Part shown: positions 8,682 to 18,133 of the stretch, piece after piece
Layout of the letters: every line of letters begins with the position of its first letter
How positions within the stretch are numbered: the stretch's first letter is position 1
Origin: an uncultured Bacteroidales bacterium
GTDB lineage: Bacteria > Bacteroidota > Bacteroidia > Bacteroidales > VadinHA17
NCBI GenBank assembly: GCA_963700275.1
Contig: CAVOWZ010000011.1
Coordinates: 452,144 to 516,143 of the forward strand
Direction of reading: 5' to 3'
Length of the DNA stretch: 64,000 nucleotides
Made by a program: the position numbers and the translations under genes
The notes under the pieces: model-generated
What the model saw: only the letters and a program-made list of their open reading frames with translations
What the model was told of the DNA's origin: nothing
Database searches by the model: none

Positions 8682-10895
8682 ATGGAAATATATCTGGATT
8701 ATAATGCCACCACGCCGGTTGATAAAGATGTTGTGCAGGTGATGCAACCATATCTTGACCGGTATTTTGGTAATCCCTCAAGTGCCCACAGCTTTGGTTC
8801 GGATGCAAAGGCAGCCGTTGAAAATGCCCGTAAGCAGGTCGCTGATCTGATAAACTGCCGGCCTGATGAGGTTATTTTCACCAGCGGGGGAACTGAATCA
8901 AATAATTTCGCAATAAAGGGTTATGTATACGCAAATGAGCACAGGGGAAAACATATTATAACCTCTGTAATTGAGCATCCAGCCGTAATTGAGGTATGCA
9001 GGTACCTGGAGGGGAAGGGATTTAAGGTAACCTGGCTTCCTGTTGACGGGACAGGGATGGTAAATCCTGAAGAAGTGGAGGCAGCTATTACTGCCGGCAC
9101 CATCCTTATTTCAATCATGCATGCAAATAATGAAATCGGGACTATTCAGCCTGTTGCAGAAATTGCAGAAATTGCCCGCAGGCATAAAATAGCTTTTCAT
9201 ACAGATGCAGCTCAGTCGGTCGGGAAATATCCTGTCGATGTAAAGAAAATGGGTATTGACCTGTTGTCGATAGCAGGCCATAAGCTTTATGCACCAAAAG
9301 GAGTGGGAGCACTATATATAAGGGATGGGATAATCCTTGAGAAACTTATCCATGGAGCTGATCATGAGCAGAATAAACGGGCGGGAACCGAAAATGTGCC
9401 TGAAATTGCGGGATTGGGCAAAGCATGTGAGACAGCACAGCACAGTCTGGATAATAATATCGGGCATATGCTGAAGATGAGAGATATGCTTCAGGAAACC
9501 CTTACGGAGAAACTCGAGGGGATCAGGGTTAATGGACATCCTCTGTTGCGACTTCCAAACACATTGAGTATTAGCTTCCACAGGGTTGAAGCCAATATTC
9601 TGTTAAATGAAATGGAAGCAAGGGGTATTGCTGCATCAGCAGGAGCTGCCTGTCATACAGATTCAATCGATATTTCACCTGTATTAACTGCAATCGGGCT
9701 CGACCCTGATTTTGCAATGGGAACGATCAGGTTTTCGACAGGGAGATATACTACAGAAGATGAAATAAACCGGGCATCAGAAATAATCACAGATATCGTG
9801 AACCGGTTAAGGCCTTCAGGAACCGATCTGATCAGAGAGTTGAACTTTGACAGTAAGAAAATAAAACTTACGAGTTATACCCAGGGACTCGGCTGTGCAT
9901 GTAAATTACGGCCCCAGGAACTTGAAAAAATACTGAAAGAGATACCATCAGGCACAGATCCGAATATCCTGATTGACACAAAGAATTCGGATGATGCGGC
10001 TGTGTACCGGATCAATGATGAAACAGCTATAGTCCAGACTGTCGATTTTTTTACACCTGTTGTTGATGAACCATACAATTTTGGCTCAATAGCAGCCGCC
10101 AATGCCCTGAGTGATATCTATGCGATGGGAGCAAAGCCATTGTTTGCATTGAATATAGTCGGATTCCCATCAAACAGGCTCCCAATGGAAGTTCTTAAGG
10201 AAATTCTGAAAGGAGCTGCCGATAAAGCAAGGGAAGCAGGAATATATATTCTGGGAGGTCATACAATCGATGATCCTGAACCAAAATACGGAATGGTAGT
10301 GTGCGGAAAGGTTCATCCAGATAAGTTATGGGCGAATTCAGGTGCAAAGGAAAACGATGCAATCATTCTGACTAAACCCGTCGGCACAGGAATATTAACC
10401 ACGGCATTGAAAAGAGGTCTTCTCAGTGAAAGGACAAAAGTGGAATTAATATCTATTATGTCCGAACTGAACAAAAAAGCCGCTGAGATTCTTGAAAAAT
10501 ATTCAGTCCATGCCTGTACCGACATTACCGGGTTTGGACTGATAGGACACTTAAGTGAAGTATCAGTCGCGAGCGCGGTAAATGTTGAACTGTTTGCAGG
10601 AAGGGTTCCGGTATTTGAAGAAACAGCAAATTTTGCCGCAGCCGGTATTATTCCCGGCGGATCGAAAAATAATCTCGATCACTTCTCTATACATGTAATC
10701 TGGGATGAAAACATTTCGTCCATTACAAAGAACATTCTGTGCGATGCTCAGACTTCCGGAGGATTATTGGTTACAGTTCCGGGCAATGAAAAAGAGGATA
10801 TAATAAGTGAATTAAAAAACGCAGGACTCAGTTATTCTTCCCATGTGGGTAATTGTCTTGAAACAGGTGAAGGGAAAATTTTTGTAAAAAAGTGA
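8682..10895 (+). CDS. selD: Fusion of NifS-like cysteine desulfurase/selenocysteine lyase with selenide, water dikinase (SelD)
   Basis: 737-aa ORF. The N-terminal half is a class V aminotransferase with PLP lysine (IAGHKLYAPKG) and catalytic Cys (SAGAACHT). The C-terminal half starts with the SelD motif GLGCACK (Cys-type, not Sec) and continues with AIR-synthase-like domains. Confidence 0.85.
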   Translation: MEIYLDYNATTPVDKDVVQVMQPYLDRYFGNPSSAHSFGSDAKAAVENARKQVADLINCRPDEVIFTSGGTESNNFAIKGYVYANEHRGKHIITSVIEHPAVIEVCRYLEGKGFKVTWLPVDGTGMVNPEEVEAAITAGTILISIMHANNEIGTIQPVAEIAEIARRHKIAFHTDAAQSVGKYPVDVKKMGIDLLSIAGHKLYAPKGVGALYIRDGIILEKLIHGADHEQNKRAGTENVPEIAGLGKACETAQHSLDNNIGHMLKMRDMLQETLTEKLEGIRVNGHPLLRLPNTLSISFHRVEANILLNEMEARGIAASAGAACHTDSIDISPVLTAIGLDPDFAMGTIRFSTGRYTTEDEINRASEIITDIVNRLRPSGTDLIRELNFDSKKIKLTSYTQGLGCACKLRPQELEKILKEIPSGTDPNILIDTKNSDDAAVYRINDETAIVQTVDFFTPVVDEPYNFGSIAAANALSDIYAMGAKPLFALNIVGFPSNRLPMEVLKEILKGAADKAREAGIYILGGHTIDDPEPKYGMVVCGKVHPDKLWANSGAKENDAIILTKPVGTGILTTALKRGLLSERTKVELISIMSELNKKAAEILEKYSVHACTDITGFGLIGHLSEVSVASAVNVELFAGRVPVFEETANFAAAGIIPGGSKNNLDHFSIHVIWDENISSITKNILCDAQTSGGLLVTVPGNEKEDIISELKNAGLSYSSHVGNCLETGEGKIFVKK

Positions 10896-10949
10896 TCTGG
10901 CCGTCACACAAAGTACTTCACAAAGGATACACTAAGGATTGGGGATATA

Positions 10950-11038
10950 AGTTTCCCCTCCTTTTTTTAAGGAGGGGTGGCCAGACCACAAAATCATCTA
11001 ACATGCAGAAATATGAATGGTCTGGCCGGGGTGGTTGA
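10950..11038 (-). repeat. Partial inverted copy of the MITE-like repeat
   Basis: The reverse complement reads tcaaccaccccggcc...ggccacccctccttaaaaaaaggaggggaaactt, which has the same ends and hairpin as 11140-11225. Confidence 0.65.
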
Positions 11039-11139
11039 TCCAATTCTGAGAAATGAGTCCACTTCTGCTGAATCTGTTTAATGGTTTTAATTAAAGTCAA
11101 AGAATCCTGAAGGAAGAAAATTCAGAAGACAGCAAAGTA

Positions 11140-11295
11140 TCAACCACCCCGGCCGGGAAAGCAGAATTGTAAACATATCCAGATCAGCAATCCCGGCCAC
11201 CCCTCCTTTAAAAGGAGGGGAAACTTATTTACCTATAATCCAGATAATTACTGCATTTTTCGTTATTAAAATATTTCTTAGGTTGACGGCTATGC
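11140..11295 (+). repeat. MITE-like intergenic repeat, copy 2
   Basis: It aligns over its full length with 5957-6112. The internal hairpin is cccctcctttaaaaggagggg here and cctcccgcctaaagcgggagg in copy 1. Confidence 0.8.
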
Positions 11296-11533
11296 GCCAA
11301 AGCCAGGAGCGACCTGTATTTATTCGGATTGCAGTGATAAGCTATCAAAACCAGTCAGAACAAAAATAACAATTTTGGTTAAAAATAGTTAATGTACCCA
11401 GTCTAAAAATAGAATAATCAGACTTTTAAATATATTTGGCCCGATTATTGGTTAAGTCGACAGGGGTATTTAAACTCATTACTGATTATAAAACTCATTT
11501 AATAATTCACAAAACTTAAATAAAACTTCCATA

Positions 11534-12784
11534 ATGAAATCAATTTTTACTAAACTGGTTTTTACGGTATTAATATGTATAACTTCTCTGACAAATGGCC
11601 TGAGTCAGCTATATGAATGGCGGGGGCCTGGCCGAAGCGGCATTTATAATGAATCGGGATTGCTGAAATCATGGCCCGCAAACGGGCCCGCATTACTATG
11701 GGAAGCCGGGAATATGGGCGATGGCTATTCTTCACCTACTGTTACTGATGATGCAGTTTATATCACAGGAAGAAAGGACAGTTCCGATGTACTTTTTGCT
11801 CTTTCGACCGATGGGAAAAAGAAATGGGAAACGGTGTATGGCAAAGCCTGGATGAAAAACCATACAGGATCGAGATGCACCCCTACATACTATAACGGAA
11901 ATATATTCCTTATCAGTGGAAGCGGGGATATTGTCTGTGTCGGTAAGGATGGCAGAATTAAATGGTCAAAAAATCATTACCGCCTTTATGACAGTAAACC
12001 GATACAATTCGGAATTTCGGAATCTCCGCTTGTTGTAGATAACATTGTAGTTGCATCACCCGGAGGGAAAAAGGCCTCGGTTGTCGCTTTCAATATTTCT
12101 GACGGCAGGGTTGTATGGGAGGCAGAACCAATCGACCAGGAGCCACAGTATTTAAATCCTAAGCTTATTGAGTATGCCGGGAAGAAAATGATCGTTACTG
12201 TCATGGGGACTTACATTTTTGCAGTAAATGCAAAAGATGGTAAAATCATGTGGAAATTAAACTATACGGAAATCAATGCAGCAACAGGCAGGGTAATGAA
12301 AAATCATGCAATGACACCTCTCTATAAGGATGGTCATATTCTTATTGCAAACGGCTATAACTGGGTGGCATTAAAGCTTAAACTTTCGGCCGACGGGAAT
12401 TCGGCTGATATTGTCTGGGAAAACAGGAGTTTTGACCCGCAGCTTGGAGGAACTGTCCTACTGGGGAATAATATTTACGGAACTACTCATATGTCAAAGC
12501 CGGTTGATATGTGGACCTGTGTGGACTGGACAACTGGGAAAACACTGTGGACCACAAGATGGTATGCAAGGGGATCGGTAATTTCTGCCGATGGTATGCT
12601 GTACCTGTTTGAGGAAAAGTCAGGTCATGTTGCTCTTGTAAAACCCGATGCTTCAAAACTCGATATTGTAAGTGAGTTTCAGATAACAAAAGGAGAGGGC
12701 CCGTTCTGGGCTCATCCGGTAATAAAAAACGGGAAACTCTATATCAGGCACGGAAGTGTATTAATGGTATACAAGGTAAAATAA
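11534..12784 (+). CDS. Secreted PQQ-like / BamB-like beta-propeller repeat protein
   Basis: 416-aa ORF with a signal peptide and repeated DG..VW/KW blade motifs (e.g. KDGRIKWSK, SDGRVVWEA, KDGKIMWKL, TGKTLWTT). Confidence 0.7.
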   Translation: MKSIFTKLVFTVLICITSLTNGLSQLYEWRGPGRSGIYNESGLLKSWPANGPALLWEAGNMGDGYSSPTVTDDAVYITGRKDSSDVLFALSTDGKKKWETVYGKAWMKNHTGSRCTPTYYNGNIFLISGSGDIVCVGKDGRIKWSKNHYRLYDSKPIQFGISESPLVVDNIVVASPGGKKASVVAFNISDGRVVWEAEPIDQEPQYLNPKLIEYAGKKMIVTVMGTYIFAVNAKDGKIMWKLNYTEINAATGRVMKNHAMTPLYKDGHILIANGYNWVALKLKLSADGNSADIVWENRSFDPQLGGTVLLGNNIYGTTHMSKPVDMWTCVDWTTGKTLWTTRWYARGSVISADGMLYLFEEKSGHVALVKPDASKLDIVSEFQITKGEGPFWAHPVIKNGKLYIRHGSVLMVYKVK

Positions 12785-12790
12785 AACTGA

Positions 12791-14290
12791 TTATTTTGTA
12801 GTCAGCATTGGATTATCATACATTATTTTCTGATTCAGCTCGAAGTCATACAGTGTTAAGATTCTTAACCTGTAATATGATTCCCAGTAATCCTCTATCG
12901 CAGTGATGTAATCTCTTTTAGCACTTTCGCGCTCACCAAGCGAGATATTCAGGTCTGTAATGCTGATCTCACCGCTCTGGAATTTCTTCAGGGCTATCAG
13001 GTATCCGTTTTCAGCTACATGATCAGCTTCCCGTGCTGTGTTGATCTGGTCACGTAACAGACTAAACTGTTCTACCTGAACAACAACACCTCTTTCAAAA
13101 TCCTTAATATCTTTCTCCACATCATAAACCACAAGTTCGCGTTGTGATTCAGCCAGTTTTACTGCTGAAGCTGAGCGGCCCCAATCGAGAATCGGGATGC
13201 TCATAGACAAACTGATCGTCCTCTGCTTTTCAGGTTCCCTGAAGATGCCGCCATAAGTTCCGGCACTGTTCGACAGGCCATAACTGCCAACAAGAGTACC
13301 ACTGAGTCCTGAATTTCTTTTAGCCCTTACAAGATCCCTGTCGGCTTCGATGAGCCTTCTTTGAAAATAGGGTGTTTCTTTCCGGTTATCCCTTGCCTCC
13401 TGAAGAGCTTTTTCTGTATTAATGGAAAACAGTATCATATCGAGGGGAATGACCAGCTGTATTCTCTGATTCGGATCAAGATTAATATATGATTTTAGTT
13501 CAAAATCGGCATTTTTCAGGTCCATCCTTGCTTTATTCAGGGATTTCCTGGCATTAAAAACCGAAAGCTGGATACGCGAAAAGTCATTATCGGAGATCTT
13601 ACCCAGCTGTTTCCTTACTTCAGCAATTTTAAGATTGTTTTCGCTGTTTTTCAGATTATTTTCTGCCAGTGTATAATTTGTCTGGATCTGTAAATAATTG
13701 AAAAAGTAACTGGTTGCCTGCAGGGCAATGCGTTCGGTTGATTCAATGAATTGTTTCCGGGATTCCTCATAGATCAATGGTTCAGTTTTCTGTTGCCATT
13801 TCATATAATTGTATGCAAAAACAGGCTGATACAACCCAATCTCAAAAGGACTTCCGGAGTATTCAACTGAAGTCTTAATAAAATCCTGAATACGGTAAAG
13901 GTCAGTTGCCGCATAGATTTGAGTTCCCGTAGTGGCAATGGACTGGCTCAGTGACAGCTGAGAGGATGCCTTTATTTGTGATACTTGTTTGAATTCAATA
14001 CTCCCGTCAGGCTGGGTGACCGGTGTGGTTGTATGAATATAATTTGGCAGGTCGCCTCTCAGTGTAAGCTGAGGCCTGAAGCTGGTCCTGAAATTTTTCC
14101 AGCGCCAGTAGTAGTTAACATTTGTATTCTGGACATATTTTACTGAAGCAGATTGTCTGATGGCGAGATCCACCACATTCCTCAGGCTGAGAGAAACTAA
14201 AATGCTGTCATTTGAAAGCCCCGGTAAAGAATGAACCGGGCATGTCAATAATAAAACAAGTATAAAATACCTTATTTGTTTTCTCATCAC
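12791..14290 (-). CDS. TolC-family outer-membrane efflux protein
   Basis: 499-aa ORF with a signal peptide and two long coiled repeats of the outer-membrane factor type. It lies immediately downstream of an MFP gene. Confidence 0.75.
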   Translation of the reverse strand: MMRKQIRYFILVLLLTCPVHSLPGLSNDSILVSLSLRNVVDLAIRQSASVKYVQNTNVNYYWRWKNFRTSFRPQLTLRGDLPNYIHTTTPVTQPDGSIEFKQVSQIKASSQLSLSQSIATTGTQIYAATDLYRIQDFIKTSVEYSGSPFEIGLYQPVFAYNYMKWQQKTEPLIYEESRKQFIESTERIALQATSYFFNYLQIQTNYTLAENNLKNSENNLKIAEVRKQLGKISDNDFSRIQLSVFNARKSLNKARMDLKNADFELKSYINLDPNQRIQLVIPLDMILFSINTEKALQEARDNRKETPYFQRRLIEADRDLVRAKRNSGLSGTLVGSYGLSNSAGTYGGIFREPEKQRTISLSMSIPILDWGRSASAVKLAESQRELVVYDVEKDIKDFERGVVVQVEQFSLLRDQINTAREADHVAENGYLIALKKFQSGEISITDLNISLGERESAKRDYITAIEDYWESYYRLRILTLYDFELNQKIMYDNPMLTTK

Positions 14291-14298
14291 AGGCCGGT

Positions 14299-15534
14299 TT
14301 ATAATTCCTCAAATTCAATTTCCTTCTTTCGCCGGGACCGGGAAACATCAGATATAATAATACGGTCACCCGGTGACAATCCGGCAGCGATTTCCACATA
14401 ATCCGTTCCTATAAGCCCGGTGGTCACTGTTTCTCTTACAGCCTTGCCGGTCTTTATCACAAAAAGATCCTGATACTTGTTCCTGTTGAAAACCGGACCA
14501 TATTCTACCCGTAATACACTGTCTCTCTGCTGGGTTACAATCTCGAGCACTACTTCCATATTCGGAATAAGATTCTGATAATGGTTGTAATCGAGGAATA
14601 CATCAAATTCTATTTTCTTGTCTTTCATCACTGGAGTTACACTTCCAATTTTACCCTTCAGCCGGGTATTTTCTATAACAGCATAAATTTCTCCTCCTGT
14701 CTTTACATAGTCAATATAAGAATTATCAACTGTAGCTTTGACCTTAAAACTTGAAAGATCTGACATTTTTACAAGTAATTTATCTTTTTCAACCTTTTCA
14801 CCAACGCTTGTATAAATGCCGAGAATAATTCCATCGGAGGATGCCCTGACCGTCAACCTGTTCAGTAAATCCTGTCTTAATTCAAGTTCTTTTTTTCTCA
14901 TATCCATCTGAAGCTGAAGCCCCTTTTCATCAGCTTCAAGCTGTTTCAGGCGGATTGAATTTTTCTCCAGGGTCATTTTCAGATCTTTTTCTGCTAATAT
15001 CAGTTCTTCTTTGGTTTGTTCATGAAGGGCCGGCGATATCCCTCCCACTTTGAGAAGTTGTTCCTGATCCAGGATTTCCGTTTTAAGGGAAGTGATCCTA
15101 AGGTTCTTTACTTCCACGTTAAAATCAAGATCAACGCGGATACTCCTGGAATTCAACCTGTTCTTTTGCAGATCATTTTCCATTACACCCAGTTGATCTT
15201 TCAGGTTATCTATTTCCTGAATCAGCGATTTGGGATCAAGAGTAAGGATTGTACTCCCTTTTGATACACGTCTTCCAGGAGCCTGAACAATTGAGGATAC
15301 AAGGCTTGATGCCGGACTTAACAACAATACTTCGTTTTCAGGATTAACAATCCCCGATGCAGGTACAGAGGTAAAGACAGGTCCATAATCAACTGTTGAA
15401 GTAACAAAGTCAGTCTGCTTTATTGAAGATGGTTTTAAATACCTGTCAGCCAGGAATATCGCTATCAATAAGCAGATCAGGATCAGCGCGATGGGCAAAA
15501 TCCGTTTCCTGATCATTTTATATTTGATCTTCAT
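14299..15534 (-). CDS. HlyD/MFP-family periplasmic adaptor subunit
   Basis: 411-aa ORF with an N-terminal TM anchor, a long coiled-coil hairpin (LKDQLGVMENDLQKN...LKQLEADEKGLQLQMD) and beta-barrel segments. Confidence 0.75.
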   Translation of the reverse strand: MKIKYKMIRKRILPIALILICLLIAIFLADRYLKPSSIKQTDFVTSTVDYGPVFTSVPASGIVNPENEVLLLSPASSLVSSIVQAPGRRVSKGSTILTLDPKSLIQEIDNLKDQLGVMENDLQKNRLNSRSIRVDLDFNVEVKNLRITSLKTEILDQEQLLKVGGISPALHEQTKEELILAEKDLKMTLEKNSIRLKQLEADEKGLQLQMDMRKKELELRQDLLNRLTVRASSDGIILGIYTSVGEKVEKDKLLVKMSDLSSFKVKATVDNSYIDYVKTGGEIYAVIENTRLKGKIGSVTPVMKDKKIEFDVFLDYNHYQNLIPNMEVVLEIVTQQRDSVLRVEYGPVFNRNKYQDLFVIKTGKAVRETVTTGLIGTDYVEIAAGLSPGDRIIISDVSRSRRKKEIEFEEL

Positions 15535-15634
15535 TATAAATTAAAGCAATTTATGGTTATTTTATAAAAGGACAAAGATAACAAGTCACAATTGAATAAT
15601 TTATATAATATTGAAATTCCAAAAAGCATAAATT

Positions 15635-16189
15635 ATGACAGAACAAATAAAGCAAATTGCCGGAAGAATCAAAGAGATCCGCGAGATTTCAGGTATTTCG
15701 GCCGAAACTCTGGCTGCAAAGCTGGGGCTCGAAAAAGATATTTACATAAATTATGAAAGCGGAGACACCGATATACCGGTAGGATTAGTCTTCAAAATAT
15801 CAGAGCTGTTTAATGTAGAACTGTCTGTTCTGCTTGGCGGAGATAATCCAAAACTTCATATCTACGGGCTGGTCAGGAATGGAAAGGGATTAAAACTCGA
15901 GCGGCGGCGACAGTACAAATATGAAAGTCTCGCCTTTAATTTCATCCATAAAAAAGCTGAACCATTCATGGTAACAATTGATCCCGATCCTGAAGGTAAA
16001 TCGATTGAATTCTATTCTCACCCGGGGCAGGAATTCAACTATGTATTGAAAGGAACTATGCTGACGATAATCGACGGGCATGAAATAACTTTAAATGAAG
16101 GCGATTCGATCTATTTTGATTCGGGTTATAAACATGCAATGAAAGCCTTAAATAATGAGCAGGTGAAAATCCTGGCAATTGTTTTATAA
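15635..16189 (+). CDS. XRE-family HTH regulator with C-terminal cupin domain
   Basis: 184-aa ORF with an N-terminal HTH_3-like segment (IKEIREISGISAETLAAKLGLEKDIYINYESG) and a C-terminal cupin (HPGQEFNYVLKGT...GDSIYFDSGYKHAM). Confidence 0.8.
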   Translation: MTEQIKQIAGRIKEIREISGISAETLAAKLGLEKDIYINYESGDTDIPVGLVFKISELFNVELSVLLGGDNPKLHIYGLVRNGKGLKLERRRQYKYESLAFNFIHKKAEPFMVTIDPDPEGKSIEFYSHPGQEFNYVLKGTMLTIIDGHEITLNEGDSIYFDSGYKHAMKALNNEQVKILAIVL

Positions 16190-16208
16190 GATATAAGAAT
16201 ACAGCACA

Positions 16209-17870
16209 ATGATACTCGATAAATACCTTAAACAGACTAAGTTTGACTCATACCAGGAGTTCAGGGATAAATTTGAGATTATAATTCCGGAGAATTTCAA
16301 TTTTGCCTGGGATGTTGTTGATGAAATTGCTCTCAGCACACCCGGAAAGACGGCAATGGTATGGTGTGATGATAAAGGTAATGAGGCCACTTTTACCTTC
16401 GGACAGATGAAATATTACAGTGATAAGGCTGCCAGTTTCTTCCGGGCAGCAGGTATCCGGAAAGGTGATCCGGTAATGCTGATCCTGAAAAGACACTTTA
16501 CATTCTGGTTCTGTACTCTTGCCTTAAATAAGATCGGAGCAATAACCATCCCCGCTACACATTTACTTTCTGCCAAAGACATTATTTACAGGAATAATGC
16601 AGCAGATATAAAAATGATTGTTTGTTTGCCGGATCCTTTGGTAATTCAGCATGTTGAGGAATCACTAAGCAAATCACCGTCTCTGAAATATAAAATGCTG
16701 ATTGGCGAAGACAGGGAAGGGTGGATCAATTTTTCGCGGGGGATGGAGGAGAACGCCGGTGAACTGACCAGACCGGTTTCATCTGAAGCAACAAAGAACA
16801 GTGATATTATGCTCCTGTATTTCACTTCGGGAACGACAGGAATGCCTAAGATGGTAAGCCATGATTATACTTACCCGCTCGGACATATTGTAACTGCAAA
16901 ATACTGGCAGAATGTACAGGACAATGGTCTTCATTTTACAATTGCTGATACAGGATGGGCTAAGTCGGCCTGGGGGAAAATATATGGTCAGTGGCTGTCG
17001 GGCAGTGCTGTTATGACATACGATTATGACAGGTTTGTTCCCAAAAATATCCTGGAAGTAATTGAAAGATATAAAGTTAATACCTTTTGTGCACCTCCTA
17101 CCATTTACAGGTTCCTGATAAAGGAAGATTTCACAGGTTATGATTTGAGCAATCTTAAATACTGCGTTGTAGCCGGTGAACCTTTAAATCCTGAGGTATA
17201 TAAAAGCTTTCATGACAAGACAGGGATCAGACTGATGGAAGGCTATGGCCAGACTGAATGTACTGTGGCATTGGCAACATATCCGTGGATGGATCCTAAA
17301 CCCGGGTCAATGGGAAAACCAACACCGGGTTATGATATTGAGGTTGTTGATGATGAAGGTAATCTGTGTGAGATCGGGAATGAAGGTGAGATTGTAATAC
17401 GAACGGCCCGGAGAAAACCTGTCGGGATGTTTAAAGGTTATTATCGTGATAGCGAACTGACAGAGAAAGTCTGGTCCAATGATGTTTATAGAACCGGTGA
17501 TATGGCATGGTGTGACGAAGATGGCTATTTATGGTTTGTCGGCAGGGCTGATGATATCATAAAAAGTTCAGGTTACCGTATCGGTCCTTTCGAGGTCGAA
17601 AGTGCCCTGATGGAGCATCCGGCAGTACTTGAATGTGCTGTTACGGCAGTACCTGATCCGGACAGGGGGCAAATTGTGAAAGCTACTATCATATTATCAA
17701 AGAATTATAATCCCAGCGAAGAGCTGACAAAAGAGCTGCAGGAACACGTAAAAAAAGTTACTGCTCCATACAAATATCCCAGGATAGTTGAATTTGTAAC
17801 CGAATTACCAAAAACTATCAGCGGTAAGATCCGGAGGGTACAGATACGGGATGAGACTAAAGAAAATTAA
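16209..17870 (+). CDS. AMP-forming acyl-CoA synthetase (medium-chain type)
   Basis: 553-aa ORF with the AMP-binding motif [13 protein letters not shown], plus GYGQTE, YRTGD and a terminal [10 protein letters not shown]. Confidence 0.9.
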   Translation: MILDKYLKQTKFDSYQEFRDKFEIIIPENFNFAWDVVDEIALSTPGKTAMVWCDDKGNEATFTFGQMKYYSDKAASFFRAAGIRKGDPVMLILKRHFTFWFCTLALNKIGAITIPATHLLSAKDIIYRNNAADIKMIVCLPDPLVIQHVEESLSKSPSLKYKMLIGEDREGWINFSRGMEENAGELTRPVSSEATKNSDIMLLYFTSGTTGMPKMVSHDYTYPLGHIVTAKYWQNVQDNGLHFTIADTGWAKSAWGKIYGQWLSGSAVMTYDYDRFVPKNILEVIERYKVNTFCAPPTIYRFLIKEDFTGYDLSNLKYCVVAGEPLNPEVYKSFHDKTGIRLMEGYGQTECTVALATYPWMDPKPGSMGKPTPGYDIEVVDDEGNLCEIGNEGEIVIRTARRKPVGMFKGYYRDSELTEKVWSNDVYRTGDMAWCDEDGYLWFVGRADDIIKSSGYRIGPFEVESALMEHPAVLECAVTAVPDPDRGQIVKATIILSKNYNPSEELTKELQEHVKKVTAPYKYPRIVEFVTELPKTISGKIRRVQIRDETKEN

Positions 17871-17875
17871 AGTTC

Positions 17876-17936
17876 CCTGACAAGCCTGGTCAGGTTATAT
17901 AACCCGTTGAGGTCATATTATCTTCCGGAAGATAAT
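17876..17936 (+). terminator. Two hairpins downstream of the acyl-CoA synthetase gene
   Basis: One stem is cctgac/gtcagg (17876-17894). The other is a perfect 20-bp palindrome attatcttccggaagataat (17917-17936). There is no strong T-tract, so the terminator call is weak. Confidence 0.3.
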
Positions 17937-18019
17937 GAATATTTAATTTCTGCAATAACGAACAATTGTATAATAAGGTCAGGGATCCTCTGAATCAGGG
18001 TGATCGGTACAGTCTGTGT

Positions 18020-18037
18020 CTTTATAAAATCTTTATA
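18020..18037 (+). promoter_or_regulatory. Predicted KdpE operator upstream of kdpA (TTTATA-N5-TTTATA)
   Basis: CTTTATAAAATCTTTATA is identical to 25948-25965. In both copies GATTCCGG follows 32 nt later, then a TAnnTTTG-like -7 box. A weaker second site ends in TTTACA at 18064-18069. Confidence 0.6.
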
Positions 18038-18133
18038 ATAACGGGATAGATACTAATAAAATCTTTACAGATTCCGGCTCATTTTTGTATCGTAAAATCA
18101 GGAGAAACTTGTTAAATCCTTAAACGGTAATCA

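Noticed and set aside
10918-11100. A 60-aa minus-strand ORF between selD and the propeller gene
   Set aside because: It falls inside the inverted MITE-like repeat copy and is composed of repeat sequence. It has no coding signal.
18040-18133. An expected small kdpF gene upstream of kdpA
   Set aside because: There is no ATG, GTG or TTG-initiated hydrophobic mini-ORF in the 95 nt before kdpA. The region is better explained as promoter plus leader.
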